DNA of 59,325 nt from Candidatus Omnitrophota bacterium (GTDB taxonomy: Bacteria; Omnitrophota; Gorgyraeia; Duberdicusellales; 4484-171): assembly GCA_024542985.1 (NCBI GenBank), contig JAMXCX010000003.1, positions 1 through 59,325 on the forward strand, given 5' to 3'. A program made the position numbers and the translations under genes. The notes under the pieces are model-generated. The model was not told the origin of the DNA, ran no database searches, and worked only from the letters and a program-made list of their open reading frames with translations. Below are positions 57,485 through 59,325 of the stretch, piece by piece; the stretch's first letter is position 1, and the number at the start of each line of letters is the position of its first letter.

Positions 57485-59325
57485 TGAAAAAGCGTATTAT
57501 TTTTGCTCTTGGGCTGGTTGGCTTTACTTCTATGGCTTCCCAGATAGTTTTAATGCGGGAGCTTTTAGTAATTTTTTACGGCAATGAGCTTTCTCTGGGA
57601 ATTACCTTATTTTGTTGGTTATTCGGCATAGCTTTGGGAAGTTGGGTTTTAGGTAAATGGCTTATAAGTAGATTTAAGTCCCAAATAGCTGTTTTTTGTT
57701 TGGGGCAGATAGTTCTGGTTTTTATTTTGTTTCTAAGTGTTCTGGGGGTAAGATTCATACCCAGTCTGTTTAAGTTTTCACCGGGTGAGATTATCGGAAT
57801 CCTACCTATAAGTATAGCTACCTTTGTATTGCTTTTTCCGGTTTGTATTTTGGTCGGATGTCTTTTTGTCGTAGGTTGCGAAATCCATAAAGGCAGCTTA
57901 AAGGGCGCGGTAAAAATAGGCCAAGTATATATCCTGGAGGCCATAGGGGCAGCTATCGGAGGCCTGATAACCAGCCTATTTTTAATTCGGATATTGAGCC
58001 CTCTCTATATAATAAGTTTATTAGGATTATTAAATTTATTCTCAGCATTTTTACTTTTATGGAAAAAAAGAATATGGGCTTTATGCGTAGGCCTGCTGAG
58101 CTTGGGATTTATTTTCATCATATTTTCAGGCAAGATAAATATTCTCCGTGATATCTCTTTGCGTGAACAGTGGAGGGGTTATGAGCTTCTTACGTCTTTT
58201 AATTCAATCTATGGAAATATCGCAGTAACGAAAAGAGAAAATCTCTATAGTGTATTTGTTAACGGCCTTTATGATTTCAGTGTTCCCGATGAGCGAACTT
58301 CCGAAATGAGCGTTCATTTTCCTCTCCTGGAACATCCCAACCCTAAGGATATTTTGTTTATAGGCGGAGGTTTAAGCGGCCGCCTTAAAGAAGCCCTAAA
58401 ACATCCGGTAAATAGAGTTGATTATGTAGAGCTTGATCCGGAATTAGTTAAGGTAACAAAAAAGTATTTACCGCTAAATGAAGCTTTGAACGATAAAAGA
58501 GTCAGGGTGATAACTAATATGGACGGAAGGCTGTTTATTAAAAGAACTAAGCAAGCCTACGATGTAGTAATTATAAATTTGCCCGAGCCTTATACTGCCC
58601 AGCTCAATAGATTTTATACTGAGGAGTTTTACAAAGAAGTAGAGCGAGTGCTGAAAGATAAGGGAATTTTGTCCTTTTCTCTAACATCTAACCCGAATTA
58701 TATTAGCCAGGAGCAGGCTCAATTATATATGACCTTAAAAAATACGCTGAGCAGCGTTTTTGCTGACGTAATAATTACCCCGGGTGAAACGAATTACTTT
58801 CTAGCTTCAAAGCAAAAAAATCTCCTTAGCTTAGACTGGCGTATTCTAATTGATAGATTGAATAAAAGAAGTATAAAAGCCAAATATATGAGGGAGTATT
58901 ATCTTTATAGTGAGTTATCTCAAGAACGAATAGATTTCTTTGAGGATAGATTAAAGCAATCACGATTTGCAGCCATAAATAGAGATTTTCAACCTATTGC
59001 CTATTACTACGATATGGTTCTCTGGAGCAGTTTTTTTAAGTATAGCTTAAAGAAGGTATTCAAAACTGTAAGCCCCGGAAAAATCTATATTGTTTCGGTA
59101 TTACTTTTTATATTCCTGTTTATTCCCGTAGGGTTTAGAAAAATAAGAAGAAAATTTCCTAATTGGCCGGTTTTGCTGTGCGTAACTACTACCGGATTTG
59201 CTGAGATAGCTTTTCAGATAATTACCTTGCTGGCATTCCAGGTGCTTTATGGATATGTATATTATAAATTAGGAATTATTTTAACTTCCTTTATGATCGG
59301 GCTGATTTTTGGAGGGTTTTGGATT
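57484..59325 (+). CDS. Membrane-bound spermidine synthase-like / SAM-binding protein (fused MFS/SpeE type), partial; absent from ORF track
   Basis: TAATG overlap with the amrS stop; MKKRIIFALGLVGFTSMASQIVLMRELLVIFYGNELS, multi-TM, then SIYGNI, ILFIGGGLSG, YVELDP, DGR and YDVVIINLPEP; frame open to the window end at the points checked. Confidence 0.9.
   Translation, partial: MKKRIIFALGLVGFTSMASQIVLMRELLVIFYGNELSLGITLFCWLFGIALGSWVLGKWLISRFKSQIAVFCLGQIVLVFILFLSVLGVRFIPSLFKFSPGEIIGILPISIATFVLLFPVCILVGCLFVVGCEIHKGSLKGAVKIGQVYILEAIGAAIGGLITSLFLIRILSPLYIISLLGLLNLFSAFLLLWKKRIWALCVGLLSLGFIFIIFSGKINILRDISLREQWRGYELLTSFNSIYGNIAVTKRENLYSVFVNGLYDFSVPDERTSEMSVHFPLLEHPNPKDILFIGGGLSGRLKEALKHPVNRVDYVELDPELVKVTKKYLPLNEALNDKRVRVITNMDGRLFIKRTKQAYDVVIINLPEPYTAQLNRFYTEEFYKEVERVLKDKGILSFSLTSNPNYISQEQAQLYMTLKNTLSSVFADVIITPGETNYFLASKQKNLLSLDWRILIDRLNKRSIKAKYMREYYLYSELSQERIDFFEDRLKQSRFAAINRDFQPIAYYYDMVLWSSFFKYSLKKVFKTVSPGKIYIVSVLLFIFLFIPVGFRKIRRKFPNWPVLLCVTTTGFAEIAFQIITLLAFQVLYGYVYYKLGIILTSFMIGLIFGGFWI

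Noticed and set aside
57576-57944. 122-aa minus-strand ORF, representative of the other short overlapping ORFs in the track
   Set aside because: It is an antisense shadow of a longer, well-supported gene.

Overview
Low-GC, gene-dense bacterial chromosomal segment with about 60 CDS, about 85% of them on the + strand. Gene content and repeat style suggest an uncultured diderm, possibly Ca. Omnitrophota; this is inference and was not verified. I recognised no rRNA, tRNA, cas, transposase or phage genes. Housekeeping and accessory genes: zinc-peptidase/ATP-grasp pair, AmrB-AmrA (MEMO1-AMMECR1) fusion, rhomboid, MarR-TolC-RND efflux, rpsU (missed by the ORF track) plus an RRM protein, LemA/HtpX, two aldolases, ABC-F, NUDIX, RlpA, macrodomain, NYN nuclease, nth, ispH, two histidine kinases, a stand-alone fusA, a CsoR-led metal operon, a beta-oxidation operon ending in a cNMP-patatin, and GltS. 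The last operon runs off the window: DUF1573/rhodanese, CcmH-like/DUF1573, a Tat-signal AmmeMemoRadiSam radical SAM enzyme and a membrane spermidine-synthase-like protein. Three observations stand out. (1) An apparently exported AmmeMemoRadiSam system: AmrS has a Tat signal, AmrB-A has a signal peptide, and the partner proteins are exported. (2) A ~1 kb non-coding island upstream of the NYN nuclease holds six TGACTAGTCA palindromic sites in ~26-bp repeats. (3) Several families of small non-autonomous palindromic elements are present, one as two near-identical copies and another supplying the fusA stop codon.
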